Source: Longimicrobiales bacterium (GTDB lineage Bacteria > Gemmatimonadota > Gemmatimonadetes > Longimicrobiales > Gaopeijiaceae). From it: a stretch of DNA of 64,000 nt. Below, piece by piece: positions 9,092-19,937 of this stretch. How positions within the stretch are numbered: position 1 is the first letter of the stretch; each line of letters opens with the position of its first letter. A model generated the notes under the pieces. The model saw only the letters and a list, made by a program, of their open reading frames with translations. It did not search any database and was not told the DNA's origin. Where the stretch lies: positions 1 to 64,000 of the forward strand of contig CBDANQ010000051.1 in NCBI GenBank assembly GCA_965197725.1, read 5' to 3'. A program made the translations under genes and the position numbers.

Positions 9092-10989
9092 CGGAATCTC
9101 TCTGCCACCCCGTAAAAATCCTTGTCGAGCTCTTCGTCCAGGGGGAGCGCTTCCCCCCTCGCCATCGCTTCTTCGAGAGCGGTTCTCTTTTCGGGATCGA
9201 TCCAGTAGACCATCCAGTCGGTGATGTTCAAGGTCTGATTTCTTCGGGGAAGATAGAACTCGGGGAACTGCACATAATCCCAGTACACGAGCCAGGTAAA
9301 GGGAGCATTCCAGAACGGGATATAGAAGGCTTCCTCGTGCACGATCTCGTCGATCTGGTACATGGCTTCCAGACGGGCTGCCGGGTCGAGGTCCTCTTCA
9401 TAAATTTGGATCAACCCATCCACTTCGTCGGTTCCGAACCCCCAGATGTTGTTGTTGTTGGTCGTTGCCTTGCCCTCACTGTGGAGGTACTGCCGGGGCT
9501 CCGGGTAGAACCCCGTCGCGCGGCCGGTCATGGTCATCTCGTACTTGCGCTCAAGACCGCGCTCGTATGCCGTGCCGGGCTCGAGGAGCTGGAGCTTGAT
9601 GTCGACTCCGGCGCGCCGGAACTCCTGTTGCATCACGGTGAGGTGTCGACTTAGACCCTGAGATCCGTAAATCAGCGTGAAGCTCGCCTTCTGCCCCTGT
9701 TCGTTCACCAGGATGTCGTCGGTGTTCGATCGGGTGAAGATCAGTCCGCGGACGGCGTTCCAGACACTTCCGAGGAGGGTCCGGCCCCGGTCCTCGTCCG
9801 GCCTTCGATAGCCCGCACGCGCAAGATACTCCCGCGCCAGGACCGGATCGAAGGTGTATGGCTCGACGCCGGGGTTTGCGTACTCTGTCCCATGGAAGAA
9901 CGAGACCTGACGGAAGTACTCCCCGAACATCAGGTTCTCATTGAGTCGCTCGAAGTTGAACAGGTACTGCATCGCCTTCCGGAAGTCCTTGTTCTGGAAG
10001 ATCGGGGCCTCGAGGTTCATATGGAGCCCGGAGACGCCGGAGGGCGTGTCGAGGAACACCCTCGCCCGTCGGATCCAGCCGTTGCGGACCGCCTCGAAGG
10101 TGTACTCCTCGTTCCAGGTTCTGGCTGTGTTCTCTATGTCGAGGTCCAGCTCGCCAAGGCGGAGATAGTCTAGCGACCGCTCGATTTGAATGACGCGGAG
10201 GTTGATCCGGTCGAAGTTGTACTGCCCGATGAAGTAGCGCTTCCCGTCTCCCCACCAGTCGTCGAGGCGCTCGAAGGTGACGAACTCACCGCGGGCCACG
10301 TCGGACACGACGTAGGGGCCGACTGCGATTTGGTACTCGTTGGTGGTCCGGCTGACCCAGTCCTCATCTAGGACCACGGCGTGGGAGGGTGTCGGCCAGA
10401 TGCCAGCATAGTCGGGGAGGGGTCGCCAGCTCGGTCGGGTACCCACGATCCGCAGCGTGTAGTCGTCGATCTTGTCGACAGACTCGTAGTACTGCTCCGC
10501 ATAGATGTTATAGAACGGATCGACGATGTGCTCGGACTGAAGCATCCTCCAGGTGAACACGTAGTCGTCCGCGGTGACCGGCTCTCCGTCGCTGAACCGC
10601 GCGTCTGGATCCAATCGGAAATAGATGGTCCTCTGATCCTCCTGCACGGACCAGTGGGTCGCCATCAGAGGAATGAAATTGTCCGTGACAGGGTGCCTTC
10701 CCACCAGACCGAAGGCCATCGTGAAGGCCCGGTTCCAGGCCGCGAAGGCATTAGCGGAGTTGGGTCCCATCAACCGGAAGGTGAGCGGGTATTGCGCGAT
10801 CAGGTAGTTGAAGGTCCCTCCGCGGATGGCATCCGGAGAGCCGATCAGCGGATCGTCGTTGTTTGTCACCCAAACTATTCCGTCGGGGAGGGTGACCGAG
10901 TCGGCGATGCCGGCGTCCTGAGACTGAGCACCGGAGGCACCGGGGAGGGCTGCGGCAACCACGAGGCCGACCCAACTCTTCCGCTTCAT
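9088..10989 (-). CDS. Family 5 extracellular solute-binding protein (YejA-like)
   Basis: Signal peptide; SPDAIRGGT, ARFSDGEPVTADD, GPYVV and YNFDRI. Confidence 0.9.
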   Translation of the reverse strand: MKRKSWVGLVVAAALPGASGAQSQDAGIADSVTLPDGIVWVTNNDDPLIGSPDAIRGGTFNYLIAQYPLTFRLMGPNSANAFAAWNRAFTMAFGLVGRHPVTDNFIPLMATHWSVQEDQRTIYFRLDPDARFSDGEPVTADDYVFTWRMLQSEHIVDPFYNIYAEQYYESVDKIDDYTLRIVGTRPSWRPLPDYAGIWPTPSHAVVLDEDWVSRTTNEYQIAVGPYVVSDVARGEFVTFERLDDWWGDGKRYFIGQYNFDRINLRVIQIERSLDYLRLGELDLDIENTARTWNEEYTFEAVRNGWIRRARVFLDTPSGVSGLHMNLEAPIFQNKDFRKAMQYLFNFERLNENLMFGEYFRQVSFFHGTEYANPGVEPYTFDPVLAREYLARAGYRRPDEDRGRTLLGSVWNAVRGLIFTRSNTDDILVNEQGQKASFTLIYGSQGLSRHLTVMQQEFRRAGVDIKLQLLEPGTAYERGLERKYEMTMTGRATGFYPEPRQYLHSEGKATTNNNNIWGFGTDEVDGLIQIYEEDLDPAARLEAMYQIDEIVHEEAFYIPFWNAPFTWLVYWDYVQFPEFYLPRRNQTLNITDWMVYWIDPEKRTALEEAMARGEALPLDEELDKDFYGVAERFR

Positions 10990-11025
10990 TGTATCCTCCT
11001 TCTGTTCACGTCCCCGGTCCCCGGC

Positions 11026-12402
11026 TCACTCATACTTGGCGTAACGCTTGGGATCGAACGCCTCCCGGATCGACTCACCGATGAACACCACAAGCACCAG
11101 TGTCACCGTCAGCGCTCCAAAGGGGGCGAAGATCAGCCAGAGCTTGTCCCGGTTTTCCAGCTGCAGCGCCTGATCGATCAACTCTCCCCAACTGGGAGTC
11201 GGTGGCGGAAGGCCATACCCCAGATAGTCCAGGCCGGTCAATGCGAAGATCGCCCCAACGATCGCGAACGGGGTGAATGTCACGAGCGGCGTCAGACAGT
11301 TCGGTAGGAGATGGCGGAAAATGATTCGGAGATGTGAGGCGCCGTACGAGCGGGCGGCGAGACAGTACTCCCTGGTCTTTTCCCGGTACATCTCCGTGCG
11401 CAGGTAGAAGGTGATCGCGATCCACTGGAATAGCGCCATGATCCCAAGAAGCATCCAGAATGTTGGCGCTACGAGGGCGGCCATGATGATCACCACATAG
11501 AGGAACGGTACGGCGATCATCACCTCGATCACGCGTTGGCTCAGAATGTCGAAGCGACCCCCGAGGTAGCCCTGTAGACTCCCTACGAAGGTGCCGATCA
11601 CCTGGCCGACGAGCACCAGGAAGAGTGCGAAAAAGATCGAGATCCTGAACCCGTAAAGGAGGCGCGATGCCACGTCCCTGCCCTGTGAATCCGTCCCGAG
11701 GTAGTGCCGTCTCGTGAGGTCGGGCGGGGTGGGAGGCACCACGCCGAGCTTCGCGAGAGCCGGCATCGCTCCTGTCCGTGCCAGGCCGAGGAGGTCCCCT
11801 GTGGGCGAGCGCTCGGGATCCGCCATCATGCCTTCGATATCGCCAGTCTCGATCGCGTCGGCGAGCTCGACTATCCGGTCGCGTCGCGCCAACGCAGCCG
11901 CCCCCCGGTCATCCCCTGCGTCAATGAGGGCCTGTATCTCGTTCAGGATCTCGTTGTACCAGAAGTCGTTCTGGTAGGGACTCCAAGGGATCGGAGGCAT
12001 GATGACGAAGTCGCCTCGGTTCGGATATCGCCCCTCGAGCGCTGCAAGCGCAGCGGGGTCGTCTGCGATCTGGGCAAGCTCACGGTCGTGGAGCTCCCGC
12101 TCCAGCGCCCACTCGCGCTTCAGACGCAGATACTCAGTCTCCAAGTCGGCGATCCCCCAGGCTGGCGGCGGCTCCTGGCCAAACGTCTGCATGCTGAAGT
12201 ATTCAAAGGTCGGGAAGAACAGCCGCCCGTCATGCCACACAAAAAGCGCCCTGCTCTCGGCCAGGTAGGGTGCGAAGACCGACAGAACGATTGCGACGGC
12301 CAGGATGACGAAGGAGTAGTACCCTCGCTTGATCCGTCGGAACCGCTGCAGCCGCCTACGTGTGATGGGGTCCAGCTTGATCCACTGCATCGGCCCGGCC
12401 AC
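11026..12402 (-). CDS. ABC transporter permease (YejE/OppC-like) with a long periplasmic insertion
   Basis: RFRRIKRGYYS, HYLGTDSQGRDV..RLLYGFRIS, ARSYGAS..RHLLPN and GESIREAFDP. Confidence 0.9.
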   Translation of the reverse strand: MAGPMQWIKLDPITRRRLQRFRRIKRGYYSFVILAVAIVLSVFAPYLAESRALFVWHDGRLFFPTFEYFSMQTFGQEPPPAWGIADLETEYLRLKREWALERELHDRELAQIADDPAALAALEGRYPNRGDFVIMPPIPWSPYQNDFWYNEILNEIQALIDAGDDRGAAALARRDRIVELADAIETGDIEGMMADPERSPTGDLLGLARTGAMPALAKLGVVPPTPPDLTRRHYLGTDSQGRDVASRLLYGFRISIFFALFLVLVGQVIGTFVGSLQGYLGGRFDILSQRVIEVMIAVPFLYVVIIMAALVAPTFWMLLGIMALFQWIAITFYLRTEMYREKTREYCLAARSYGASHLRIIFRHLLPNCLTPLVTFTPFAIVGAIFALTGLDYLGYGLPPPTPSWGELIDQALQLENRDKLWLIFAPFGALTVTLVLVVFIGESIREAFDPKRYAKYE

Positions 12403-12411
12403 CGGAGTCGT

Positions 12412-13464
12412 CTACTCGAACCGGACGCGGGGATCCACGAACGCCACCGCGAGATCCGAGACCAGATTCCCTACCATGAGCAGGACGCTCGCGATCACCA
12501 GGAAGCCCAGAACCACAGGGAAATCACGTGCCTGGATCGCCTCGAAGGAGAGGAGTCCGACCCCCTGAATGTTGAACACGCGCTCGATCAGAAAGCTGCC
12601 AGTCATGAAGATCCCGAGGAGCGATCCCACGCTCGTAGCCATCGGAATCAGCGAGTTCCTCAGGGCATGGACGAACACGGTCCGTCGCCAACTCAGCCCC
12701 TTCGCGAGCGCCGTCTTCACGTAGTCGGCACTCATGTTCTCAATGAGGCTGTTCTTCATGAGCATGGTGGTGACTGCAAACGCGCCCGCGAGGTACGCGA
12801 TCAGCGGGAGGACCGAGTGCCACACGACGTCCCAAACCTGAGCGAGGAACGACAGCTGCGCGGCGCCTGCTGACTGGAATCCTCCGAGTGGAAAGATCTC
12901 GAATCGCACCGCGAGCAGACTGCTGAGCACGGCCCCCAGCGCAAAGCCGGGAACCGCGTAGCCCACGAAGATCAGGACTGAAGTCAGGTTGTCGACGCTC
13001 GTCCGGTGCTTGATCGCCTTCAGGATGCCAAGAGGGATGCAGATCCCGTAGGTGAGGAAGGCCGTGATGAGTCCATAGTAGATCGAGACCGGGAGACGGT
13101 CCCCGATCACCCGAAGTACGGGTTCGCTGTACCGGAAGGAGTCGCCGAAGTCGAGTCGAACGACATCCCAGAGCCATGAGGCGTAGGCCACCGGGAGTGG
13201 CTCGTCGAACCCGTAGTACTCGGTGAGCCGCGCCAGCTGCTCCTCGGGGATCTCGAGTTGAGCGATGGCCCCGCCCCCGCCCCCGCCCCCGACCTCGCCA
13301 CCTCCCCCGGCACCGGCCAAAGCCATCCGGATCTGATCGATCTGCCCGCCCGGAACGAACTGGAGGAGCGTGAAGGTCACCAACGTGATGCCGAGAAAGG
13401 TCGGAACCATGAGGAGGAGTCGGCGGATGACATAGTCCCGAAGCGCATCTCCCCGTGACTTCAC
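12412..13464 (-). CDS. ABC transporter permease (YejB/OppB-like)
   Basis: YVIRRLLLMVPT..FVPGG and DYVKTALAKGL..HALRNSLIP; GTG 13464 follows a GAGGAGG RBS. Confidence 0.9.
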   Translation of the reverse strand: MKSRGDALRDYVIRRLLLMVPTFLGITLVTFTLLQFVPGGQIDQIRMALAGAGGGGEVGGGGGGGAIAQLEIPEEQLARLTEYYGFDEPLPVAYASWLWDVVRLDFGDSFRYSEPVLRVIGDRLPVSIYYGLITAFLTYGICIPLGILKAIKHRTSVDNLTSVLIFVGYAVPGFALGAVLSSLLAVRFEIFPLGGFQSAGAAQLSFLAQVWDVVWHSVLPLIAYLAGAFAVTTMLMKNSLIENMSADYVKTALAKGLSWRRTVFVHALRNSLIPMATSVGSLLGIFMTGSFLIERVFNIQGVGLLSFEAIQARDFPVVLGFLVIASVLLMVGNLVSDLAVAFVDPRVRFE

Positions 13465-13600
13465 CTCGACGCCTCCTCGTCCCTGATCGGGCTGTGTTTC
13501 GCTCGTTCGGCGCGACGGCCCCACGCTACGCTCTGGGGCGCCGCTGGGCAACGAGGGTCCCTGTGGAAGATCGAGTTCGAAGGAACACCTCGACCCTGTC

Positions 13601-14090
13601 AGGGAGGAGGAGCGCATGCAGGTCGCCCGCGACCTCCACGACGAGGTCGGCAGCCTGCTCACGGCACTCAAGATGGATCTCACCCAATTCGTGACCGACC
13701 CCATAGGCACGTCTGCAGACGACGGGCTCAACCACATGAACGAGCTGTTCGACCGAGCCATCGACGTCGGGCGAAGAGTCACGATGGGCCTCCGGCCAGG
13801 GATTCTGGACGACCTCGGGCTCGCGGCCGCGGTGGAGTGGCTCTGCCAGGACCTCAGCCTGCGACAGACATCACCTGCGAGGTCGAGCTGTCCGAGCCCG
13901 AGGTCGAGCTGCCGGAGCCGGTTGCCACGGCGATGTTCCGCACTGTGCAGGAAGCCCTCACGAACGTGGTCCGGCATTCGGGTGCCTCACGCGTGCGCAT
14001 CCGCCTCGAGTGCGACGACGTCAGCGTCTAGGACGAAGGCGCAGGCTTGGATCCCCCCCGTCTCGAAGACAGGGCGCGAGCGGGCGCCCG
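13601..14090 (+). pseudogene. Remnant of a NarX/UhpB-type (HisKA_3) sensor histidine kinase
   Basis: EERMQVARDLHDEVG H-box and LRPGILDDLGL; frameshift near 13862; QEALTNVVRHS N-box; in-frame TAG 14029-14031 before DEGAGLDP; no sensor domain or G2 box. Confidence 0.85.
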
Positions 14091-14092
14091 CG

Positions 14093-14915
14093 TCACTCCC
14101 TACTGAGGAGGCTCAGGTCTGCCGGTCGTGGAAGGACACCTCCGGGACGCCCGAAGTGCGGGATCAGTTCCTGGGTCGCGAGGAGGGTGTCAGGAAACGG
14201 AGCCTCGAATCGCCCGCGGATCTTGGAGTAGTACAGGCACCCGATCTCGTCGGCGGGCCTCGACTGTACAAACGCCTCCGCTTCCCTGAGAGCCGCCAGC
14301 CAGCGTTCCTTGCCCTCGACGAGATCGAAGGGAACGGCGAGGTCCAGACGGGCCACGTCCTCAGGCCGGTATCGTCCTCTTCGCTTCAGGTGCTCCAAGA
14401 GGGATAGGGGCGTGAAGCCTGGGTCCTTTCCCACAGCGGCCCAGGTCAACGCGCCGAGTGGGAGGACCTGGTCGTGGACGTAGAGGATATCCAGCAGGTC
14501 ACGGGGCTCGTCACGCCCGGCCAGCGCCAGCGTCTTGTTGGTGGCAAGATCGACTTCGTGGAGTAAGGAAGCCGCCTAGCTCGTCCTGGACCGGGGGCAT
14601 GAACCGCCAGGCGGAATCATGCGCCCAGTCGATCCGAGTGGTCAGGCCGTCCCGGCCGACGATGGCCCGGATGAAGCCGGGCTGACTCAGCATGATTTCC
14701 AGGGTGTAGTCTGCTGCCTGGAGAAGACCACTGTCTTCGGCGAAGGCAACGGCGACTCGCTCTGTCGAATCGTGGAAGAAGTGGAGGTCGTGGCTGTAGC
14801 GCAGGGAGTTGGGCGCGAAGTGCAGAGCCGCCGCGCCCCCCGCCAGGTAGCTGTCCGGCATTCGTGCGGGCCCCAACACCCCGAGGAGCCTTCGTTGGAA
14901 GTCTGTCAGGGGCAT
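14093..14915 (-). pseudogene. AbiEii/DUF1814-like nucleotidyltransferase (putative toxin), frameshifted near 14567
   Basis: YLAGGAAALH..RYSHDLHFF. Removing one base restores LLHEVDLATNKTLALAGRDEPRDLLD (K..A...R...RD motif). The expected DLD reads DLH. Confidence 0.75.
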
Positions 14916-15172
14916 AGCCGTCGCCCGATCTCCCAGGCTTCCCGATTCCCTTGCTTCATCAGGGTCCGGGCCACCCATTCGATGTCCACTCCGCTGATCT
15001 CGAGATCCGGCCGGTAGGACCAGAAACAGGACGCATGAAACCGCCGGAAGGCTCGCCGGGCTTCACGAATGCGAACCATGCTCTTCGCGGTCTCGGAATC
15101 GAGGGTCCGCCGGCTCTTCGCCCCTCCTCGGCGACCGATCTCCGCGAGGTAGCTCCGGATCACATCGTCCAT
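14906..15172 (-). CDS. Small basic protein, putative antitoxin/regulator of the nucleotidyltransferase
   Basis: 88 aa, overlaps the toxin start by 10 nt; YLAEIGRRGG and CFWSYRPDL motifs. Confidence 0.7.
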   Translation of the reverse strand: MDDVIRSYLAEIGRRGGAKSRRTLDSETAKSMVRIREARRAFRRFHASCFWSYRPDLEISGVDIEWVARTLMKQGNREAWEIGRRLCP

Positions 15173-15177
15173 GCCAC

Positions 15178-15206
15178 AAGATAAGCTGCTTACGTTACTT
15201 CGGCAA
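15178..15206 (-). promoter_or_regulatory. Sigma70-like promoter with palindromic operator; probably leaderless transcript
   Basis: TTGCCG-17 bp-TATCTT ends 5 nt before ATG 15172; palindrome TAAGC-A-GCTTA (15182-15192) overlaps the spacer and -10. Confidence 0.65.
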
Positions 15207-15275
15207 CAATGACCGTACGTTCCCGCCGGTGGATCAGGACTAGAAGACCTCGCTGTCGATCACCAACGAGTGACG

Positions 15276-16598
15276 TCAGCCCACACCGTTCGCCGCCATC
15301 CATCGGGCGAAGTCGGCTTTGGTCGCCCTCAGAATGCCCAGCGTGGCGGCCCGGTCCGTGTCCGACAGGTGGTCGAATGCCTCGCTTCGATCCTTGTTGG
15401 CGAGCACCTCCCACACGCGGCGGTACACGCACTCTTTGACGGGCCGTGGAAGTGCGTCGAACGCCGCCGAGTAGATCACGTAGCTGAGCGGGTACCGGAA
15501 CAATCGCTTGGTTAGATCGAGCCGGCGCAGCGAACGTCCTCGATGGTCCCAGGGTCCCCTGTTCTCGAAGTGAGACCGGAAGCCGGACGTGCCAAAAATC
15601 GGGCCGCTGAGCGCGGCCTCGTCCACGAAGAGCATGGCGCGCACGAGGGGCTCGGCCAGCTCCCCGACGCGGGGCGAAACCGGGTCGGCGTCCAGCGCGC
15701 CACGAGCCTCCCAACCGGCTCGTGTGATCAGGTTCTGCACGCTCATCTGATGCTCGGCGACCATCAGCGCCGCGATGTCACTGTGCGCACCGAGGTACGG
15801 TCCGGTGTCGAGCAAGTCGCCCAGATCCGTGAGGTTGCCGTTGCCCGTGAGGTCGTGTCCTGCCACGTCGGCCGGGTCGCGTATGATCACGTTGCCCATG
15901 TGTTCCTGCGTGCCGTGCGTGCCCGTCACGTACCAGCCGCCCCATCGCTTTCGGATCGGGGTCCGGTCGGTGGTCAACTGCCAGCTCCCGTGTGCGGCCG
16001 ATCCACCGAGCGCGTTGGTCGGACCCGACCCGATCAGGAAGCGGGGCACCCCACCGCCCGTGAGGCCGTAAGTGTCGTGACACGCGAGACAGAGGCCCTC
16101 GCGACGCTGGAAGTGGGGCGTGTCGGCGCGCTGCTGCTCGAGAGTGTAGAAGACCGGCCCCAGATTCGGATCCAGGGTGGCGATCTCCAGAAGGTCACCC
16201 CCCCGCAGCCAGGCGACGTAGGCGTCGTCCGTGAAGTAGATGGCACGCGGGGTCTCCGGAGAGATTAAGTGCTCCTGAAAGCTCGTCTTCGAGAAGACGA
16301 GCATCTGTGAGGCACGGGAGATCCCGAGCTGACCAAGGACCGACGCGAGGTATCCGCTCTTGGCGTCGAAACTCAGCTCGACTTCGCCTCGCTCGATCGC
16401 GCTCTCGAGCTCTGCGATCCGATCGGTGGGAGCGCTCGTCGAGTACCCCACCGTCGGATACTCCGCATCGTATGGGAGTTGCTGGGCCGGCAGGCCCGTA
16501 ACGGAGACAAGCAGGATCAGCAGGGCGATAAGGCGTGGCACGGGCCGGCTCGGCGCAGAGGATGTCTTTCGTCTGGTCCCTTCATGGGCCTTGGTCAT
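15276..16598 (-). CDS. Secreted hypothetical protein with a single CxxCH heme-c motif
   Basis: Signal-like N-terminus; CLACH; VFSKTSFQ, TPRAIYF and RWGGWYVTGTHG blocks. Confidence 0.75.
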   Translation of the reverse strand: MTKAHEGTRRKTSSAPSRPVPRLIALLILLVSVTGLPAQQLPYDAEYPTVGYSTSAPTDRIAELESAIERGEVELSFDAKSGYLASVLGQLGISRASQMLVFSKTSFQEHLISPETPRAIYFTDDAYVAWLRGGDLLEIATLDPNLGPVFYTLEQQRADTPHFQRREGLCLACHDTYGLTGGGVPRFLIGSGPTNALGGSAAHGSWQLTTDRTPIRKRWGGWYVTGTHGTQEHMGNVIIRDPADVAGHDLTGNGNLTDLGDLLDTGPYLGAHSDIAALMVAEHQMSVQNLITRAGWEARGALDADPVSPRVGELAEPLVRAMLFVDEAALSGPIFGTSGFRSHFENRGPWDHRGRSLRRLDLTKRLFRYPLSYVIYSAAFDALPRPVKECVYRRVWEVLANKDRSEAFDHLSDTDRAATLGILRATKADFARWMAANGVG

Positions 16599-16706
16599 GC
16601 CAACGCGCTCCCAACCCCCCTTAATTAGGCCAATGCCGGGTCCACTAGGGTAAGGTAGAGATGCCTAGGACGAGCGGGAAGAGGGGCGCGAAGGCCACGC
16701 CCCGAC

Positions 16707-17735
16707 CTACCGTGCCTCCCGCGTCGATAGAGTAATCGGAGCGCCGATCCCTTCGTGGTGACACGCCACGAAATGCACCTCTTGTAATCCCTCGATGACT
16801 GGCACGACGGGCTCACATGTATGGTCTTTCAGGGCGTGCGGGCAGCGCGTATGGAAAGCGCACCCAGGGGGTGGAGCGCTCGGGCTGGGTACATCCCCCG
16901 CGAGGACGATACGCTCACGATTTTCACGTCCCACCGGGTCAGGCCGGGGCACTGCGGACAGCAACGCGCGCGTGTACGGATGGCTCGGACTTCGGTAGAG
17001 ATCCGCCGCCAAGGCAACCTCCACGATCTTCCCGAGATACATGACAGCGACGCGATCACTCACGTGCTCCACGAGCGACAGATCGTGCGCAATGAATAGG
17101 TAGGTCAGCCCCAGATCGCGCTGCAGATCTGCAAGGAGATTGATGACCTGTGCCTGGACCGAAACGTCCAGCGCACTCACCGGTTCATCGAGAATGAGGA
17201 AGTCCGGCTCGACGGACAGCGCTCGTGCGATTCCGAGCCGCTGTCTTTGGCCCCCGCTGAACTCGTGCGGATATCGGTCGATGTGTTCCGAGCGCAGCCC
17301 CACGCGTTCTAAGAGCTCCACCGCGCGACCTCTGCGATTCGGGCCGCCGAGTCCGTGCACCATGAGCGCCTCCTCGAGCATGGCGCCAACCGACATCCTG
17401 GGGTTCAGAGACCCGTATGGGTCTTGAAAGACGAACTGCGCCCGGCGTCGGAGCGCCCGTAGCCCTTCCCGATCGAGCGGCCGTACGTCCTGGCCGTCGA
17501 AGTGAACCTCGCCTGCGGTCGGCTCGATTAGCCGCATGACGGCGCGGCCGGTCGTCGACTTTCCGCACCCCGACTCGCCGACCAGCCCCAGAGTCTCTCC
17601 AGGCCAGAGATCGAAGCTCACGCCATCGACCGCCTTGACCTGGCCCACGGCACGCCCCAACGTCCCGCGCCGAATGGGAAAGTACTTCTTGAGGTCACGA
17701 ACGCTCAGTAGCGGAGGCCCTGATCGGTCGATCAT
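16707..17735 (-). CDS. Dipeptide ABC transporter ATP-binding protein (DppF-like)
   Basis: [20 protein letters not shown] and [14 protein letters not shown] at the overlap, 17735. Confidence 0.93.
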   Translation of the reverse strand: MIDRSGPPLLSVRDLKKYFPIRRGTLGRAVGQVKAVDGVSFDLWPGETLGLVGESGCGKSTTGRAVMRLIEPTAGEVHFDGQDVRPLDREGLRALRRRAQFVFQDPYGSLNPRMSVGAMLEEALMVHGLGGPNRRGRAVELLERVGLRSEHIDRYPHEFSGGQRQRLGIARALSVEPDFLILDEPVSALDVSVQAQVINLLADLQRDLGLTYLFIAHDLSLVEHVSDRVAVMYLGKIVEVALAADLYRSPSHPYTRALLSAVPRPDPVGRENRERIVLAGDVPSPSAPPPGCAFHTRCPHALKDHTCEPVVPVIEGLQEVHFVACHHEGIGAPITLSTREAR

Positions 17736-18706
17736 GTCCGCGCCCTCCAGCAGCGAGCGAAGCGGCCATCTCCTCCAGCAGACTCCAGCTCTTGGGCAAC
17801 GCCGCAGCGATCGGCAGCAACGGAACACCGCTCCTGAAAGCGACAGCCGACCGGCCAGTCGGTCGGGTTCGGGACCGTGCCTCGAATCGAAGTAAGCCTC
17901 AGGCCCGGGTTGTCCACTGAGGGCAAGGAGTCGAGGAGGCCTTTCGTATAGGGGTGTTTCGGATCGGCGAAGATCTCATACACGTCGCCCGTTTCCACGG
18001 CTTGTCCCGCGTACATGACGACGACCCGATCGCAGACCTCAGCCACGACTCCGAGGTCGTGTGTAATGAGCAGAACCGCCATTCCGTGCCGACGGCGGAG
18101 GTCCCCGAGAAGCTCGATAATCTGCGCCTGGATCGTTACGTCCAGCGCTGTCGTCGGTTCGTCGGCGATCAGCAGCTTCGGCTCACATGATAGGGCCATC
18201 GCGATCATGACCCGCTGGCGCATACCTCCCGACAGTTGATGCGGGTACTCGTCGACACGCCGCTCAGGCTCCGGAATGCCGACCTCGGCGAGCAGTCGGA
18301 TCGTTTCGGTGCGGGCCCCCTTGCGGCGCATTCCTCGATGCAGGCGCAGAGCCTCCGAGATCTGACTGCCCACGGAGTACACCGGGTTGAGCGAGCTCAT
18401 CGGTTCCTGGAAAATCATCGAGATCTCGTTGCCACGGAGCGCACGCATGCGGCGTACACTGGATCCGATCAGCTCCTGATCCGCGAAGCGGATGGAGCTG
18501 CCGTCCTCGATCTTCGCCGGTGGCTGCGGCAGCAGCCCGAGAATCGAGAGCGAGGTGACCGTCTTCCCACACCCCGACTCACCCACGATCCCCAACGTCT
18601 CACCGGCGCGGACGTCGAACGACACTCCGTCCACCGCCTTGGCGATCCCCTGGTCCGTATAAAACCACGTCCGTAAATCTCGGACCGACAGTAGCGGCAC
18701 GCTCAC
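17732..18706 (-). CDS. Dipeptide ABC transporter ATP-binding protein (DppD-like)
   Basis: [19 protein letters not shown] and [10 protein letters not shown]. Confidence 0.93.
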   Translation of the reverse strand: MSVPLLSVRDLRTWFYTDQGIAKAVDGVSFDVRAGETLGIVGESGCGKTVTSLSILGLLPQPPAKIEDGSSIRFADQELIGSSVRRMRALRGNEISMIFQEPMSSLNPVYSVGSQISEALRLHRGMRRKGARTETIRLLAEVGIPEPERRVDEYPHQLSGGMRQRVMIAMALSCEPKLLIADEPTTALDVTIQAQIIELLGDLRRRHGMAVLLITHDLGVVAEVCDRVVVMYAGQAVETGDVYEIFADPKHPYTKGLLDSLPSVDNPGLRLTSIRGTVPNPTDWPVGCRFQERCSVAADRCGVAQELESAGGDGRFARCWRART

Positions 18707-19603
18707 GTTCTCAGCCTCGGATCGAGGGCGTCCCGTAAGCCATCACCCACGAGGTTGAAAGAGAGCACCGTGAAGACGATGGCGAGGCCCGGAAACGTCG
18801 AGAGCCACCATGCGTCGAGAAGATAGGCACGACCATCAGCAACCATCGTACCCCACGAAGGTGTCGGCGGCTGGACACCCAGTCCAAGAAAGGATAGCCC
18901 CGCCTCGAGCACGATCGTATTCCCGATCCCGAGCGTGGCGGCAACGCACGGGTGTCAACACGTTCGGGATCAGGTGTCGGAGAATGATCCGACGCTTCGG
19001 ATAGCCCAACGCCTGAGCTGCCTGCACGAACTCTCGCTCCCTCAGGCTCAACACTTCACCCCGCACGATACGAGCGGTGCTGGGCCACAGCGTAAGGCCG
19101 AGTACCGCCACGATCAGAAAAATCGAAGGCTCGAAGATCGCAACGATCGTGATCAGCAAGACCAGTCGAGGAAACGAGATCACCATGTCTACGAAGCGCA
19201 TGATGACGCCGTCCACGATCCCGCCCATGAAGCCCGCGATCGCCCCTAGTAGTGTCCCGATCGTCACGCTGATCCCGACCGCCAAGAATCCGATCGTCAA
19301 GGAGATGCGAGCGCCGAAGAGCAGGCGAGAGAAAACGTCGCGGGCGAACTGATCGGTTCCCAGCGGATGAGTCGCCGACATGCCCACGAGCCGCATACTG
19401 ACGAGATCGTACTGGACACCGGGGTCGTGCGGCGCAATAAGCGGGGTCATGAGCGCAATCATGTACAGTGCGACAATCAAGATCAGCCCCGCTACCGCGG
19501 TCCGGTTCTTCGAGAACGCGCGCACCGCCAAATCCCACTTGGCTGACTCCCACGACCTTCAACTCCTGCGAGCGTCCCACGTCACGCCACGACCACACCC
19601 AAC
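18703..19603 (-). pseudogene. Partial duplicated copy of the DppC-like permease (lacks N-terminus; two frameshifts)
   Basis: HPLGTDQFARDVFSRL and [21 protein letters not shown]; frameshifts near 19539 and 18946. Confidence 0.85.
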
Positions 19604-19937
19604 CGGAGTACACCGGGTTGAGCGAGCTCATCGGTTCCTGGAAAATCATCGAGATCTCGTTGCCACGGAGCGCACGTATGCGGCGTACACTGGATCCGAT
19701 CAGCTCCTGATCCGCGAAGCGGATGGAGCTGCCGTCCTCGATCTTCGCCGGTGGCTGCGGCAGCAGCCCGAGAATCGAGAGCGAGGTGACCGTCTTCCCA
19801 CACCCCGACTCACCCACGATCCCCAACGTCTCACCGGCGCGGACGTCGAACGACACTCCGTCCACCGCCTTGGCGATCCCCTGGTCCGTATAAAACCACG
19901 TCCGTAAATCTCGGACCGACAGTAGCGGCACGCTCAC
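19604..19937 (-). pseudogene. Partial duplicated 5' part of the DppD-like ATPase (about 111 codons, Walker A only)
   Basis: [28 protein letters not shown], then runs into permease sequence at the duplication junction. Confidence 0.85.

Noticed and set aside
13500..16700. Integrated mobile element carrying the TA pair
   Set aside because: No integrase, transposase, terminal inverted repeats or flanking direct repeats found by eye.
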